Assembly: GCA_030167865.1 (NCBI GenBank)
Contig: JALAGF010002807.1
Coordinates: 1 to 58,566, forward strand
Reading direction: 5' to 3'
Source of the DNA: Craspedostauros australis
Taxonomy: Eukaryota
Length of the DNA stretch: 58,566 nt
The notes under the pieces are model-generated. The model made no database searches. It saw only the letters and a list, made by a program, of their open reading frames with translations, and had not been told where the DNA came from. A program made the translations under genes and the position numbers. Positions 20,752 to 31,259 of the stretch are shown here, piece by piece (the stretch's first letter is position 1; every line of letters begins with the position of its first letter).

Positions 20752-22494
20752 ATGGTTATCAAACGTCGCAGCTGTTGGTCCTTCGAAGCCACTCCGACTG
20801 CAGCGGCAGTCTACTTCATCGCAGGCGTCTTCCTGGTGTCATCCGTGGGCATTCATCTCCTGCACTCAATCTACGGGTACTCGTATGAACATCTGTACAA
20901 ATATGTCGATCCCTGCCTCGTTCCATCCTCTGCTCGGAAAGATGATGGGGCGGAACCAAGCCAGAATGCCATCGTCCGGGATCAGCCACAAACGAGCTCA
21001 CGTGGAGGAGGCGCTGCCTTCTCGGGTGAAGATGGAACGATCCACAGCCGGTTGGATGAGGCAGCTCCTTTGCTGCCGCTGAATAGGCTCGCACACACGA
21101 TGGCGGATGTTCGGGCTTTGGCGACCTTTCGCAAGGCTCCGCCGTCGATCCTCTCCAATCAGCAGCAGCAGCAACAGCAGCAACAACAACAACAACAACA
21201 ACAATTGAATGAGAACATCCAAAAGAGACCGTATTTGTATCATCCGCCGGGCAGACACTTTGTCACTCCTTCGATCCAACCGCTCATGGGTACGCACCAT
21301 CCAGATTCGGATGCCGTCTTCTGCTTCGTGAAGGGCTTCGGACTCTCTGTCTTCCTCACGCTCATTGAGACTCTGCTGGACACGGGTTACACCGGGGACA
21401 TCGTAGTCGGAGTCAAGTTCCGGAGGAAAGTGGACGCCCGGTTGAAGGACTACCTGCGGTACAGAACGAAATCCACCAATAACACCATCATCGTCTACGA
21501 GATCGGAGGGTGCGACAAGAACATCGACCCAACGAAGATCCGCTGCAGCATGGACGATGTCTACACGCACCCACATACTGGTACGACGCAATCCGGAGCC
21601 GCTGATTTGACTGGCCGCCCGCGCATCGCGAAACGAGTGCGGTACGAGTACTACTGGTTGTGGTCACGGCACTACAATCCGGCCAAGAGCCGCATCCTGC
21701 TGGTGGATGCACGTGATCTGTATTTCCAACTCGATCCGTTTCAACATCAGACTGCCTTCTTTGCTGGGAAGGATGGCTCGGCGCCTCGTCCTCCTTTCCG
21801 TACTCCTGCGAGTGATTCGCGTCTCATTGGGAGCAACGACAACAAAGCGAAAAGCGACGTAGACACTGAGACGATGAGATCAGCAGATCCCACCACCACA
21901 TTCCAAACAGCAGGCATTACTCCAACCACAATACAAGTCTTCGAAGAGAGTCTGGTACAAAAATTGGAAGGATCGCCGATCAACAAGGTCTGGCTTACCA
22001 TGCTCTACAGTTCGTCCATGTTCGAGCAGCTCCGCACATCCGCAAGGATCTGCTCCGGCGTCACCATCGGTGGTGTCGTCGCGATGCAACAGTACTTGCT
22101 GCTCATGCTGCACGATATTGACAACACGCAGGGCACCTACCTGACTGCAGGCGATCAAGGTGTCCACAACGTCCTGGTGCACACCCAGCAGCTGCACAGC
22201 CAGACGGGAATTGACCGTGTCGAGATCGTTCCGAATCGATTCGGTATCGTCTCCACGAACGGCAAGGACAATCCGTTGGAAGGGTTCCGGAATGGAACAG
22301 GGATGGTGCACAACAAGGACGGCACGGTGTCCCCCATCGTGCATCAGTTCGATCGCAGCGAACGTCTGTCCAGCCTCATGAACATGAAAATCAAAGTGTA
22401 TCGTCAACGCGTCATGTCCTGGCTTCGTCAAGAGGAAAAAGGCGAAGAGGCAGCAGAAGCAGAACAAGAAGACGGAGCGCAACAAGGCCAGTGA
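20752..22494 (+). CDS. Type II membrane putative glycosyltransferase (GT-A-like, resembles ESAG3-type proteins), ~580 aa
   Basis: Signal-anchor AAAVYFIAGVFLVSSVGIHLL and a stem containing polyQ; motifs RYEYY, ILLVDARDLYFQLDPF, ICSGVTIG, DQGVHN, IVHQFDR. Confidence 0.75.
   Translation: MVIKRRSCWSFEATPTAAAVYFIAGVFLVSSVGIHLLHSIYGYSYEHLYKYVDPCLVPSSARKDDGAEPSQNAIVRDQPQTSSRGGGAAFSGEDGTIHSRLDEAAPLLPLNRLAHTMADVRALATFRKAPPSILSNQQQQQQQQQQQQQQQLNENIQKRPYLYHPPGRHFVTPSIQPLMGTHHPDSDAVFCFVKGFGLSVFLTLIETLLDTGYTGDIVVGVKFRRKVDARLKDYLRYRTKSTNNTIIVYEIGGCDKNIDPTKIRCSMDDVYTHPHTGTTQSGAADLTGRPRIAKRVRYEYYWLWSRHYNPAKSRILLVDARDLYFQLDPFQHQTAFFAGKDGSAPRPPFRTPASDSRLIGSNDNKAKSDVDTETMRSADPTTTFQTAGITPTTIQVFEESLVQKLEGSPINKVWLTMLYSSSMFEQLRTSARICSGVTIGGVVAMQQYLLLMLHDIDNTQGTYLTAGDQGVHNVLVHTQQLHSQTGIDRVEIVPNRFGIVSTNGKDNPLEGFRNGTGMVHNKDGTVSPIVHQFDRSERLSSLMNMKIKVYRQRVMSWLRQEEKGEEAAEAEQEDGAQQGQ
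21160..21204 (+). repeat. CAG/CAA polyglutamine tract within the glycosyltransferase stem
   Basis: Direct reading; encodes a run of Q. Confidence 0.9.
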
Positions 22495-22850
22495 CGAAGA
22501 ACAGTACATCCTCGTACTGGCAGGGTTCCGTGTTGGGCGAAGGGAGCATGTCGACGCGAATAAATTCTGTCGCTGTCTTCTTATCCCATCTCATCTTTCT
22601 CTCTCTCTTTCTTTCTCTCTAGTAGAGAGATTGAGGGTGCTGATAGAGTGTAGTTGGAATCGATAGTGGATCAGGAGCACTGTGGTTGGGATTGTGCTCA
22701 CACACTCTGTCTCTGAGGAGTGTGCTCTCTCACCTTGTATCCTCACAAAATGATCACAATCGCAGCAAAATTGGGTCTGTATCTCTGGAATCTTGATTGT
22801 GGTCGTAGTGTTCATTGACAGTACTTACTTAGGCCCTTTGTTTTGAATTA

Positions 22851-22865
22851 TTTTTGGCGCGCCAA
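22851..22865. promoter_or_regulatory. Palindromic E2F-like site upstream of H2A.Z
   Basis: TTTTTGGCGCGCCAA contains the perfect 12-bp palindrome TTGGCGCGCCAA and matches TTTSSCGC; ~120 bp before the ATG at 22981. Confidence 0.5.
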
Positions 22866-22980
22866 CACCCGGAGTAGTAAGTCCCGGCGCGCGAAGGTTC
22901 CACCATGGTCTGCCACAAACGGCAAAAACAGGACCGAACCCGTTACGCATCACAACTCAACAACAAACTCTTCTGCAACA

Positions 22981-24257
22981 ATGGTAAGTCGGAGCCAAGC
23001 GGATCGGAGGGCATCATCGTGTGCGCAGCATTGTTGGTCGAAGGACGGTGCTACTTTCAACGTGATCCGACCGATATTGAAGGAGAAATCGAGTTTTGAA
23101 GGCCCCAACGACCATGACAGGTTTTTGAACGCGGCGCGAAACTGTTCTGCTGAGCTGTTGTTGCTGGTGGGTTCGTGTACGCAACGGACGCTGTGCGGTG
23201 CGGCGAAACGAGACGCCAAGATGGAGACAGACACATCCGCAGTCAGCTTCGCCCACTGATGCTGATCGGCACCGACAGCACAGGGCCACAACAGAAACCA
23301 CCATGTCGAAGCGCCACGCGTGATGTCAGCCCCGCCGTTGCTGCTACCGCTTCTGTTGAGCGTCAGAGTAGCAATCAGCGATGGCAATGGCCGTCTTCGC
23401 TCTTTTCGAGAGCATCGCAGCGCCATCTGCGTGCTTCTCTGTACACGTGGACCACAGCAACAACAGCAGCAGCAACAACAACAATGCACATCCTGCGTCA
23501 ACTCTCGCAACCATGAACGGCGCACTGGCTAACTCCACCATCCTCCTGCATTCTCCTCTCCTCCATCGTCGTCGCCGTCGATGTTGTTCGCATGCTGCTG
23601 TGTGGGCCTTGCGAACATCGCATGCCTGCCGCCTGCATCTATGTGTGGTATGCGCGTTTGTGTGAATCTGACATGATTGCGTTCGTTCGTTCGTTGATTC
23701 TCCCAATTGCGTTCTCCCTCGTTGCTGCGACGTCCGTTACGCCTGTGGGAACACCACACCACGGAAACAACGACCATTGCAACACGAAATGACGTAAACA
23801 ATCAACCATGAACACTGCACCATGAACTGCGCAATGCTCGCACGAGCAGTCAGGAAAAGGCGGAAAGGGAGGCAAAGGTGGCAAGGGCGGCAAAGCCCCA
23901 ACGAGCAAGAAGGCCCCGCAATCCAGAAGTTCCAAGGCCGGCCTTCAGTTCCCAGTCGGTCGTGTGCACCGCTTCCTGAAGAACTCCGTCCACCAGGGGC
24001 ATCGCGTCGGAGCCACAGCCGCTGTGTACACGTCCGCCATCCTCGAATACCTCACTGCCGAGGTGTTGGAGCTTGCCGGAAATGCATGCAAGGATCTGAA
24101 GGTGAAGCGCATCACTCCGCGTCACTTGCAGCTCGCCATTCGGGGAGATGAAGAGCTGGATGCCCTGATCAAGGCCACGATCGCAGGAGGTGGTGTCATC
24201 CCGCATATCCACAAGAGTCTCATCAACAAGTCCGGGAAGGCCAAGAAGAAGTTCTAA
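22981..24257 (+). CDS. H2A.Z: Histone variant H2A.Z, ~136 aa; exons 22981-22983 (ATG only) and 23850-24257
   Basis: [32 protein letters not shown] and [44 protein letters not shown] are diagnostic. CAG acceptor at 23847-23849 precedes SGKGGK. The best upstream donor found is ATG|GTAAGT at 22981-22989; the exon-1 position is less certain than the gene identity. Confidence 0.93.
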
Positions 24258-24937
24258 AAGTGCGACAGCTGAGAGCAGGAAAGACGAGAAAAGAAAAACA
24301 AGTTTGGGTTTGTGAAGTGATGTACCACGTGTCTAACAACAATAATAACCGTCAGCAGCGATCGCTCTCTCTCTTTCATCGGTGCCGTCGTCCACTGGAA
24401 GCGATCGGTCCCTCCTGCAGGCCAACGAAACAAAACGAACGATGGCCACCCGACCATTCGATCACTACGGCAAGACAGCACTCTGCGCTTTCGAGAGGGA
24501 TCACGTAAAATACTCATATGCCCGACAGGACACGCCATGAGTGAGCAATGAAGACTCCAAGAATGAAGGTCCACCGCGAGGGCATGAGATGAGAGGGAGA
24601 GAGAAAGAGAGAGAGATGCCAGTTGATCGAAATAAACAGTAAGCATGAGACTATGTATAGATGATGGTCATACTCGTAGATACGCAGATTTGCGCGGAGC
24701 ATCGATGAACACGTTCACCATCAACGAACACAATGGTCGTACATTCTGTGCATGTGTGCGTTCACCTGTTTGTTTTCGCGAAAGAGACAACTTGCGAAGG
24801 GCATTCCAGTGCGAACGCCGAACGAGTATCGATAGAGGAAGGAGTAGAGTAGCTCGTGCCATACACGATCACTCAACAAATCAAAGTGTGCACGAGTGGT
24901 GTTTCTGGAGTAAGTATGGATTAGAATGCAAGGATGC

Positions 24938-27340
24938 CTATTTGGACGATGCGATGGAAGGAATGGGGACGGTCGGCCCGGAGGATGAACCCGTGTTCTG
25001 CTTCTTGTTGGAATCTGCCGATTTGTCGGCGGCTGAACCGCCTGTGCTCCTTCCTCCGCCAGCTGACTTGCGCTTCGTCGAGGTCGACCTTGACTTGAGG
25101 CCTGCGTTGGAAGCAGAGGTGGATGCAGCAGCGCTCGTGGATGCTCGCTTCGTCTGAAACGTCGGCAGGCCCATCCCCGGGATGACGATCTTCCAGTACT
25201 TCGCAAGCACCAGCTGCAGGTCCTGCACATCGAGGATCTTGCTGCCGCGGTGCTGCGCCACGCGAATTGCTTGGCGCGTGACCTTATCGAGGAAGTCATC
25301 CGCGAGATGCAGCACCTGCTCCTCCGCCTCGGCGTCGAGCTCGTAGTTGGGATCGATGTCGTGGAGCAAATCAGAGAGCCGTTCGCCCATCAGCGGTGCT
25401 AAGTGAGCAGCTCCCATGGGCGTGGGACCGCCACTGGCAGCTGAGTTCTTGGCAGCTGCGATCGCATGTGCCGCTGTGAAAGACAGCCGTCCTTCTTGCA
25501 CCTTCGGCTCCGGGGTGTTGGTCGACTTGGAGGTTGCCTTTGAGTTCGCACTCCCGCTGCTGCCACTTGCGGTTGCGGACGTGGGTTTGCTCGTCTTGGA
25601 GGTAGATCTGGAGGTTGAGGTTTGGCGGCTCCGTGCTGCTGCCGTCATTGTGCCCGATGCAGATGACGACGCACGGCTTGGCGTTGGCTGTGCCCGCGAT
25701 TGAGACTGCGTCTTGGACGTGGAGCTCTGCGCCTGAGATCTGGCCTGGCTCTGACTCTGCGACCGTGATTGCTGGGTCTGGGAACTGCGCTGTTGCTGTG
25801 GCTGCTTCTTTGGTTGCGACTGCGTTTTCTGCTGCTGCGGCTTTGGTTGTGGCTGCTTTTGCTGTTGCTGCTGCGGCTGCTTCTGCTGTGGTGATGGCTG
25901 TTGAGACTGCTGGTGCTGCCGGGACTGCTGTTGTTGAAGCTGCTGTTGGCGAGGTTGTTGCTGCGATTGCGATTGTGACGGCGACTGCTGGTACTGAGAC
26001 TGTGGTTTTCGTTGCTGGATGGTCATTTGCGGTGAGCGGTATTGTTGTGATTGCTGCGGTTGCGGACGTGTTGGTTGTGGGGATGCCTTCGTTGTCGGGT
26101 GCGAAGTTTGGCGTTTTGGAGGAGAGAAACCCGTGGAGACATGGCCGGGCCTCGATGCAGCAAGAACAGGAGCTGAAATTGCGGAGGCGACGGGAGCAGC
26201 TGCTGGTACTGGGGCGGGAGGAGCTGCGGTTACGGCTGTGGCGGCGGGGATGGCGGCAGCGGTGGTAGAGGGAGCGGCGAGCTGATCGTAGGTCAGAGGT
26301 GGCAGACCTGCAGCCTTTCTTGCGCCTGCTTTGATGCGTTGCTCCCGTAGCTTGGCCTCGAGCTCTCGCTGCGCCATGGATCCCGGCGCTGACGAGGACG
26401 TGGGTCCTGGACCAGCCGTGGACGGTGCTCCAGGTGCAAGTGAGGTATTGGACCTGTTCTGCACCGCCCCTGGAGCATGCGCAGAGACTGGCCCAGGCGC
26501 AGGGTTCGGATTCGCAACGGGTGTCGGTCGGAAGGATGGTGATTTCGTCTGCGCTTGCGACATGCTTGCACCCATGCGATTTGCCATGGCGGAGAAATCC
26601 TTACCCTTTGGCTTGCTGGCAATGTGTTGTTGTTGTTGTTGCTGCGGTTGCGCTGAAGCTGGAGCACTGGCAGGTGCATACGTGGAAGGCTGCGCGGTTC
26701 GAGGTCCAGTGCTGGCACCAGCGTGCGCACCAGTTGAAGCAGACGCCATTGACTGTCCCGCATGCGGCTGATTCTGATTCCCAGCCACGGCTGGTGCTGG
26801 TGCCGGGGTCGGTGCTGGAGATGCGCTGGCCTTTGCTGACATTGCCATGGCCGCAAAGTCCTTTCCCTTGGGTCGTCCCATCGGTTGTGCCTGGGCAACC
26901 TGCGCCGTTGGCCTCGATTGCTGTTGCTGCTGCTGTTGCGGGGGTTGCTGTGGCTGAGCTTGTGGAACCGCCGCGGCGGGTGGCCGTGAGGCCGCATGTT
27001 CTCTTCCTTGAGACGAGGCCATCAATTGCGCTGCAGACTTGCCGGGTCGAGGATTGGGATTGATCGCCTGAACTTGGGCCTGCGCCTGCTGCATCTGAGC
27101 GGGATTTGCTGTCATTGGCTGTCCTGGGGCTGGTGCGCCCGCTGGTGCCCCAACGGGTGGAGCAGCTGCAGCGGCAGCATTGCTCGCGTTCCGAAGTCTT
27201 TGCTGCATCAGCAGGATCGACTTTCCACCGCTCCCGCCACCTCCGCCGCCTGATGCGCTGCCCGCGCTCGATGGCGCAGGGGCTGGTGCGCCTTGTCCTT
27301 GCCCCGGATTTCCAGGCGGTTGGTTTGGCGGCGCAGACAT
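24938..27340 (-). CDS. TAF12: TFIID/SAGA subunit TAF12 with long Q/P/S/A-rich N-terminal region, 800 aa
   Basis: C-terminal histone fold LSDLLHDIDPNYELDAEAEEQVLHLADDFLDKVTRQAIRVAQHRGSKILDVQDLQLVLAKYWKIVIPG. Confidence 0.9.
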   Translation of the reverse strand: MSAPPNQPPGNPGQGQGAPAPAPSSAGSASGGGGGGSGGKSILLMQQRLRNASNAAAAAAPPVGAPAGAPAPGQPMTANPAQMQQAQAQVQAINPNPRPGKSAAQLMASSQGREHAASRPPAAAVPQAQPQQPPQQQQQQQSRPTAQVAQAQPMGRPKGKDFAAMAMSAKASASPAPTPAPAPAVAGNQNQPHAGQSMASASTGAHAGASTGPRTAQPSTYAPASAPASAQPQQQQQQHIASKPKGKDFSAMANRMGASMSQAQTKSPSFRPTPVANPNPAPGPVSAHAPGAVQNRSNTSLAPGAPSTAGPGPTSSSAPGSMAQRELEAKLREQRIKAGARKAAGLPPLTYDQLAAPSTTAAAIPAATAVTAAPPAPVPAAAPVASAISAPVLAASRPGHVSTGFSPPKRQTSHPTTKASPQPTRPQPQQSQQYRSPQMTIQQRKPQSQYQQSPSQSQSQQQPRQQQLQQQQSRQHQQSQQPSPQQKQPQQQQQKQPQPKPQQQKTQSQPKKQPQQQRSSQTQQSRSQSQSQARSQAQSSTSKTQSQSRAQPTPSRASSSASGTMTAAARSRQTSTSRSTSKTSKPTSATASGSSGSANSKATSKSTNTPEPKVQEGRLSFTAAHAIAAAKNSAASGGPTPMGAAHLAPLMGERLSDLLHDIDPNYELDAEAEEQVLHLADDFLDKVTRQAIRVAQHRGSKILDVQDLQLVLAKYWKIVIPGMGLPTFQTKRASTSAAASTSASNAGLKSRSTSTKRKSAGGGRSTGGSAADKSADSNKKQNTGSSSGPTVPIPSIASSK

Positions 27341-27530
27341 CCTTTAAGCTGGTATGGATAACGACTATTTTACTTTGGAGGATAGTATGTATGGTGTATT
27401 ACAGAGATGGGCTTCGCTCTATGATTGTGTCTCCTGCGAGCTATGGGCTGAGTGTGCGACCTACTCGTACACGTATCTCCACTTCGACTTCCTTTCCCTC
27501 GTTGGGGATTGTGATGGTGGTGGGCGATTC

Positions 27531-27576
27531 GCAACAACAACAGCAACAGCAACAACAACAGCAACAACAACAGCAA
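27531..27576. repeat. (CAA/CAG)n microsatellite in the TAF12-DDX41 divergent intergenic region
   Basis: Direct reading. Confidence 0.85.
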
Positions 27577-28011
27577 GAAAAGAGAGGAACGGCGGTTTCG
27601 TCATGGTCGCTGCCAAAATCCATCATTCGTGACTCGGATGCAAATCACTCGTGTTGAAGAAACTGCTTTTCATTCGCCTTGATCAATTGGATCCAATTGA
27701 TCGAGCCTCCATCTCCAACAACGACCAACCAATCGACCGCAAAACTACCACCGACTCCCAAAAAGAGCACCAAAACGCGAAACTCAGAACGTGGAAACGT
27801 GCAACAAACACATCAACCCCAACTGAACAACCATCGAGAAAAGTGAGGGCTGTTGGTGATGCTCTTGGATTTGGCGCGCAGCCCCACCATCATGCGAGAC
27901 GGAGATGGGACGCACCCACACCGTACGCTCGAGCACTGCCAACCACATCCAACTTGAAGGACTGACAGCATTCACGGCAACAAAAGAAAGGAAGCGAATA
28001 GAGCAGACACG

Positions 28012-30048
28012 ATGGGAGGCGAATCAGACGCAAGAGCAGCGTGGAAGGCCAAGCGAGAGGCGCGCAGGCGTCAGCAGGAGGAGAAGAAGCCCGACGATGA
28101 CTTTGATATGATGGCGATGATGGGCGCCGCCGACGACGACCGCGCAGGCAATCATGATGATGATGATGGCAACGTGCCGGAGTACATGGCGGCTGCGAAG
28201 CGCCGCAAGATGGAAGAGATGGAGCTGCTCAATGAGTACGGCAGCAAGTTCTCGGACGAGCGACGCAAGCAGATCCTCGGAAACAGCGTGGACGTGCTGT
28301 ACGGCGACAGAAAGGGCAAGGCAGCCAAGGGTGCCGCAGCTGGAAATGACAATGACGGCAACAGCAGCAGCGATGACGAGGATGACGACGACAAGGACGC
28401 GGACGAGGCCGCCCAGACCTTGCTGGATACGGCAGCCGCGCTGCAGTCGAAGCTCACGGAGGAGGAGAAGGCGGACAAGCAGCGCAAGGACGAAGAGGCG
28501 CGCATTCTGAGGGAGGCCACCAAGATCCAGACGAACGCGCTGCAGGCCGCATCCGAGCTGGCCAAGGGCGTCAGCTACAACGAGCCGCTGCCATCCACGT
28601 GGACTGCGCCAAAGGCGATATTGAAGCAGGGCGAGGACACGTGGAATCAGGTCCGCAAGGAATGGCACATGGAGATCGAGGGCGAGGACATTCCTCCGCC
28701 GATGAAGCGATTCGTCGACATGAAATTCCCCAAGCCCATCATAGATTCATTGCACAGCAAGAATATGCGACGGCCCACGCCCATCCAAATGCAGGGACTC
28801 ACCGTCGCGCTGGCCAGCAGGGACATGATTGGCATTGCCTTCACCGGTAGCGGGAAGACGCTCACCTTCTCGCTGCCGCTGGTCATGGTGGCGCTCGAGG
28901 AGGAGCTCCGCATGCCCCTCATCGCCAACGAAGGCCCCGTGGGGATCATCCTGGCGCCTTCCCGCGAACTGGCACGGCAGACGTACGACGTCGTCAGCGG
29001 TTTCTGCGATTCCGTCACCAAGTCCCCGGGCTATCCAGCGCTGCGTTGTCAGCTCCTGATCGGCGGTGAGAGCGTGAGAGACCAGATGGAGATGTGCGAA
29101 TCATCCGGCGTGCACTGCGTCGTCGCGACCCCAGGTCGACTCCGTGATGTGCTCAAGCGCAAATCGATGACACTCAGCATCTGCCGATTTATCTGCCTGG
29201 ACGAAGCCGATCGCATGCTCGATCTTGGGTTCGACGAGGAGGTCAGCGAGATCATGAACAACTTCCCCCACCAGCGACAAACGCTGCTCTTCAGTGCCAC
29301 CTTCCCGAAGAAGTTCCAGGACTTTGCCCGTGAAACGCTGGTGAAGCCCGTCGTGGTCAACGTCGGACGAGCCGGAGCTGCCAACCTCGACGTCATCCAG
29401 GAAGTCGAGTACGTCAAGCACGAAGCCAAGATCGTGTACCTGCTGCATTGCTTGCAGAAGACCGCGCCACCCGTCGTCATCTTTTGCGAACGCAAGGGTG
29501 ATGTGGATGACATCCATGAGTACTTGCTGCTCAAGGGCGTCGAAGCTGTGTCCATTCACGGAGACAAGGATCAGGTGGAGCGTAATGAAGCCATCCAGCT
29601 CTACAAGGGGGGAAAGAAGGACGTGCTCGTCGCCACCGACGTTGCTGCCAAGGGTCTGGATTTCAGCGACATCAAGCACGTCATCAACTTCGACATGCCC
29701 AGCGAAATCGAGAACTACGTCCACAGAATCGGTCGTACAGGACGTGCAGGAAAGACGGGTGTGGCAACCACGTTCATCAACAAGAGCGTTCCCGAAACTG
29801 CCCTGCTGGATCTCAAGCATCTCCTGAAGGAGGCCAAGCAGCGACTTCCACCAGTGCTCATGATGCTGGACGATCCAAGAGAGCAGGCGGAGGAGGCCAA
29901 CGGGGGAACAGTTGGGTGTTCGTACTGCGGCGGTCTTGGTCACACCATCGTCAACTGTCCCAAGATCGACAAGAACGCCCGACAAGTGGCGGGAGGGCAC
30001 AGGGATGTGCTGGTATCATCAGGAGGTGGTTACGGTGGAGATTGGTAA
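28012..30048 (+). CDS. DDX41: DEAD-box RNA helicase DDX41/abstrakt, 678 aa
   Basis: PTPIQMQG, IGIAFTGSGKT, PSRELARQ, LDEADRM, FSAT, DVIQEVEYVK, DIHEYLLLKGVEAVSIHG, HRIGRTGR and the C-terminal zinc knuckle CSYCGGLGHTIVNCPK. Confidence 0.95.
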   Translation: MGGESDARAAWKAKREARRRQQEEKKPDDDFDMMAMMGAADDDRAGNHDDDDGNVPEYMAAAKRRKMEEMELLNEYGSKFSDERRKQILGNSVDVLYGDRKGKAAKGAAAGNDNDGNSSSDDEDDDDKDADEAAQTLLDTAAALQSKLTEEEKADKQRKDEEARILREATKIQTNALQAASELAKGVSYNEPLPSTWTAPKAILKQGEDTWNQVRKEWHMEIEGEDIPPPMKRFVDMKFPKPIIDSLHSKNMRRPTPIQMQGLTVALASRDMIGIAFTGSGKTLTFSLPLVMVALEEELRMPLIANEGPVGIILAPSRELARQTYDVVSGFCDSVTKSPGYPALRCQLLIGGESVRDQMEMCESSGVHCVVATPGRLRDVLKRKSMTLSICRFICLDEADRMLDLGFDEEVSEIMNNFPHQRQTLLFSATFPKKFQDFARETLVKPVVVNVGRAGAANLDVIQEVEYVKHEAKIVYLLHCLQKTAPPVVIFCERKGDVDDIHEYLLLKGVEAVSIHGDKDQVERNEAIQLYKGGKKDVLVATDVAAKGLDFSDIKHVINFDMPSEIENYVHRIGRTGRAGKTGVATTFINKSVPETALLDLKHLLKEAKQRLPPVLMMLDDPREQAEEANGGTVGCSYCGGLGHTIVNCPKIDKNARQVAGGHRDVLVSSGGGYGGDW

Positions 30049-31259
30049 CGGTGCTGTCGTCCCATTGCTTTCGATGTTACTGCAATCGCGATGGCTCGTG
30101 AAAATGACAATGATAGTAGCGGTAGCGGAAATGGCAACGGTCATGGCAGAGAAGGCACCGTACCGCCTTTCGTACAAAAACACCGCAACATTTGTTTCGG
30201 TTTGACTTCACAGTCATTCTACCCACACAAGTATGAATGCACCATGGTTTCGAACAGGCACGAACACGCTCTAAAGCCATCCTACTTGTATCGCATGTAT
30301 GAGTACTACTACTACTACATTCCTCTTACTCGAATCTCTGTAAATACATCCTTCTTGAATTGTGGCTTTCGTCCTGGCATCAATGGCTTGAGTACAGCGT
30401 CAGAATCTAAACGGCTGCGAAATACAATAGACCACGATCTTGATGGCTAACCCGGTCCTCGTCGTTGGCGTGTGCATCGTCATGAGACCATCAAGAGCGC
30501 AGTCATGGTGGATCGTGCTGCAAGTTAATTGCTCTTCGAACCTCAACGGAGAGGTTGCCCACATCGCGACGTCCCTCCCGTGCGAAAAAGGCAGCAAAGC
30601 AAAGCAGATACACTTTCGGCGTCGTGCTTCGCTGTCATCAAGAAATCCGTCGGTATGCCACGCGTTAGCACCTTCAAGCGAGTTCCTGCTTCCTGCTATG
30701 CCTCCTTGTACCCTGCCTTCCATGCCCCTGCCGCATCTCGTTTGTGTTGGCCGGACGGGCAAAGGAGCAGACTAAGCTCAGAATGCCATCCCGCGGTTCT
30801 GACGTCCATTGGCTATTCGCTTACCAGACAAGAACCGTAGCCGCTTTGCCCCTTGTCCACGCTCAGTCGAGCTTCGATTTGAATCGAACAGCTCTAATTC
30901 GAGCGTAGGACATGAACCATGCGTCTCGCTTTGCCAGACAATCGACCAACGACCGAGAGGACCCGTAATTCATCCATCTATCGGTTGCTTGACCCGACAC
31001 TGCCCATGCATCCCATTGATACCTTGTCACCCCGCACCATCCTCCGCCACTGCCGATGCCATCGTTCGATGAGAGCCATCGCACGGTGCTCGGCTTGTCC
31101 CTTCCACCACATCCTGGTTACCATACTCGTACTGTTGTGGCGATTGCACGCGAGTAGCTTGTCGCCTTGTACTTCTTCCTTGTGAGACGCGTGCTGAATC
31201 TAGTCATCGCAATCAATGGTAGTGATAGTGATGTCGCCACAAACCCTACAGATGCGTCT

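Noticed and set aside
24699-24709. GCATCGATGAA matching the conserved 5.8S rRNA motif
   Set aside because: Only 11 nt match and the flanks are unrelated to 5.8S.
30854-30912. SECIS element
   Set aside because: Lacks the UGAN/NGAN core with correct spacing, and neither neighbouring gene shows an in-frame UGA.
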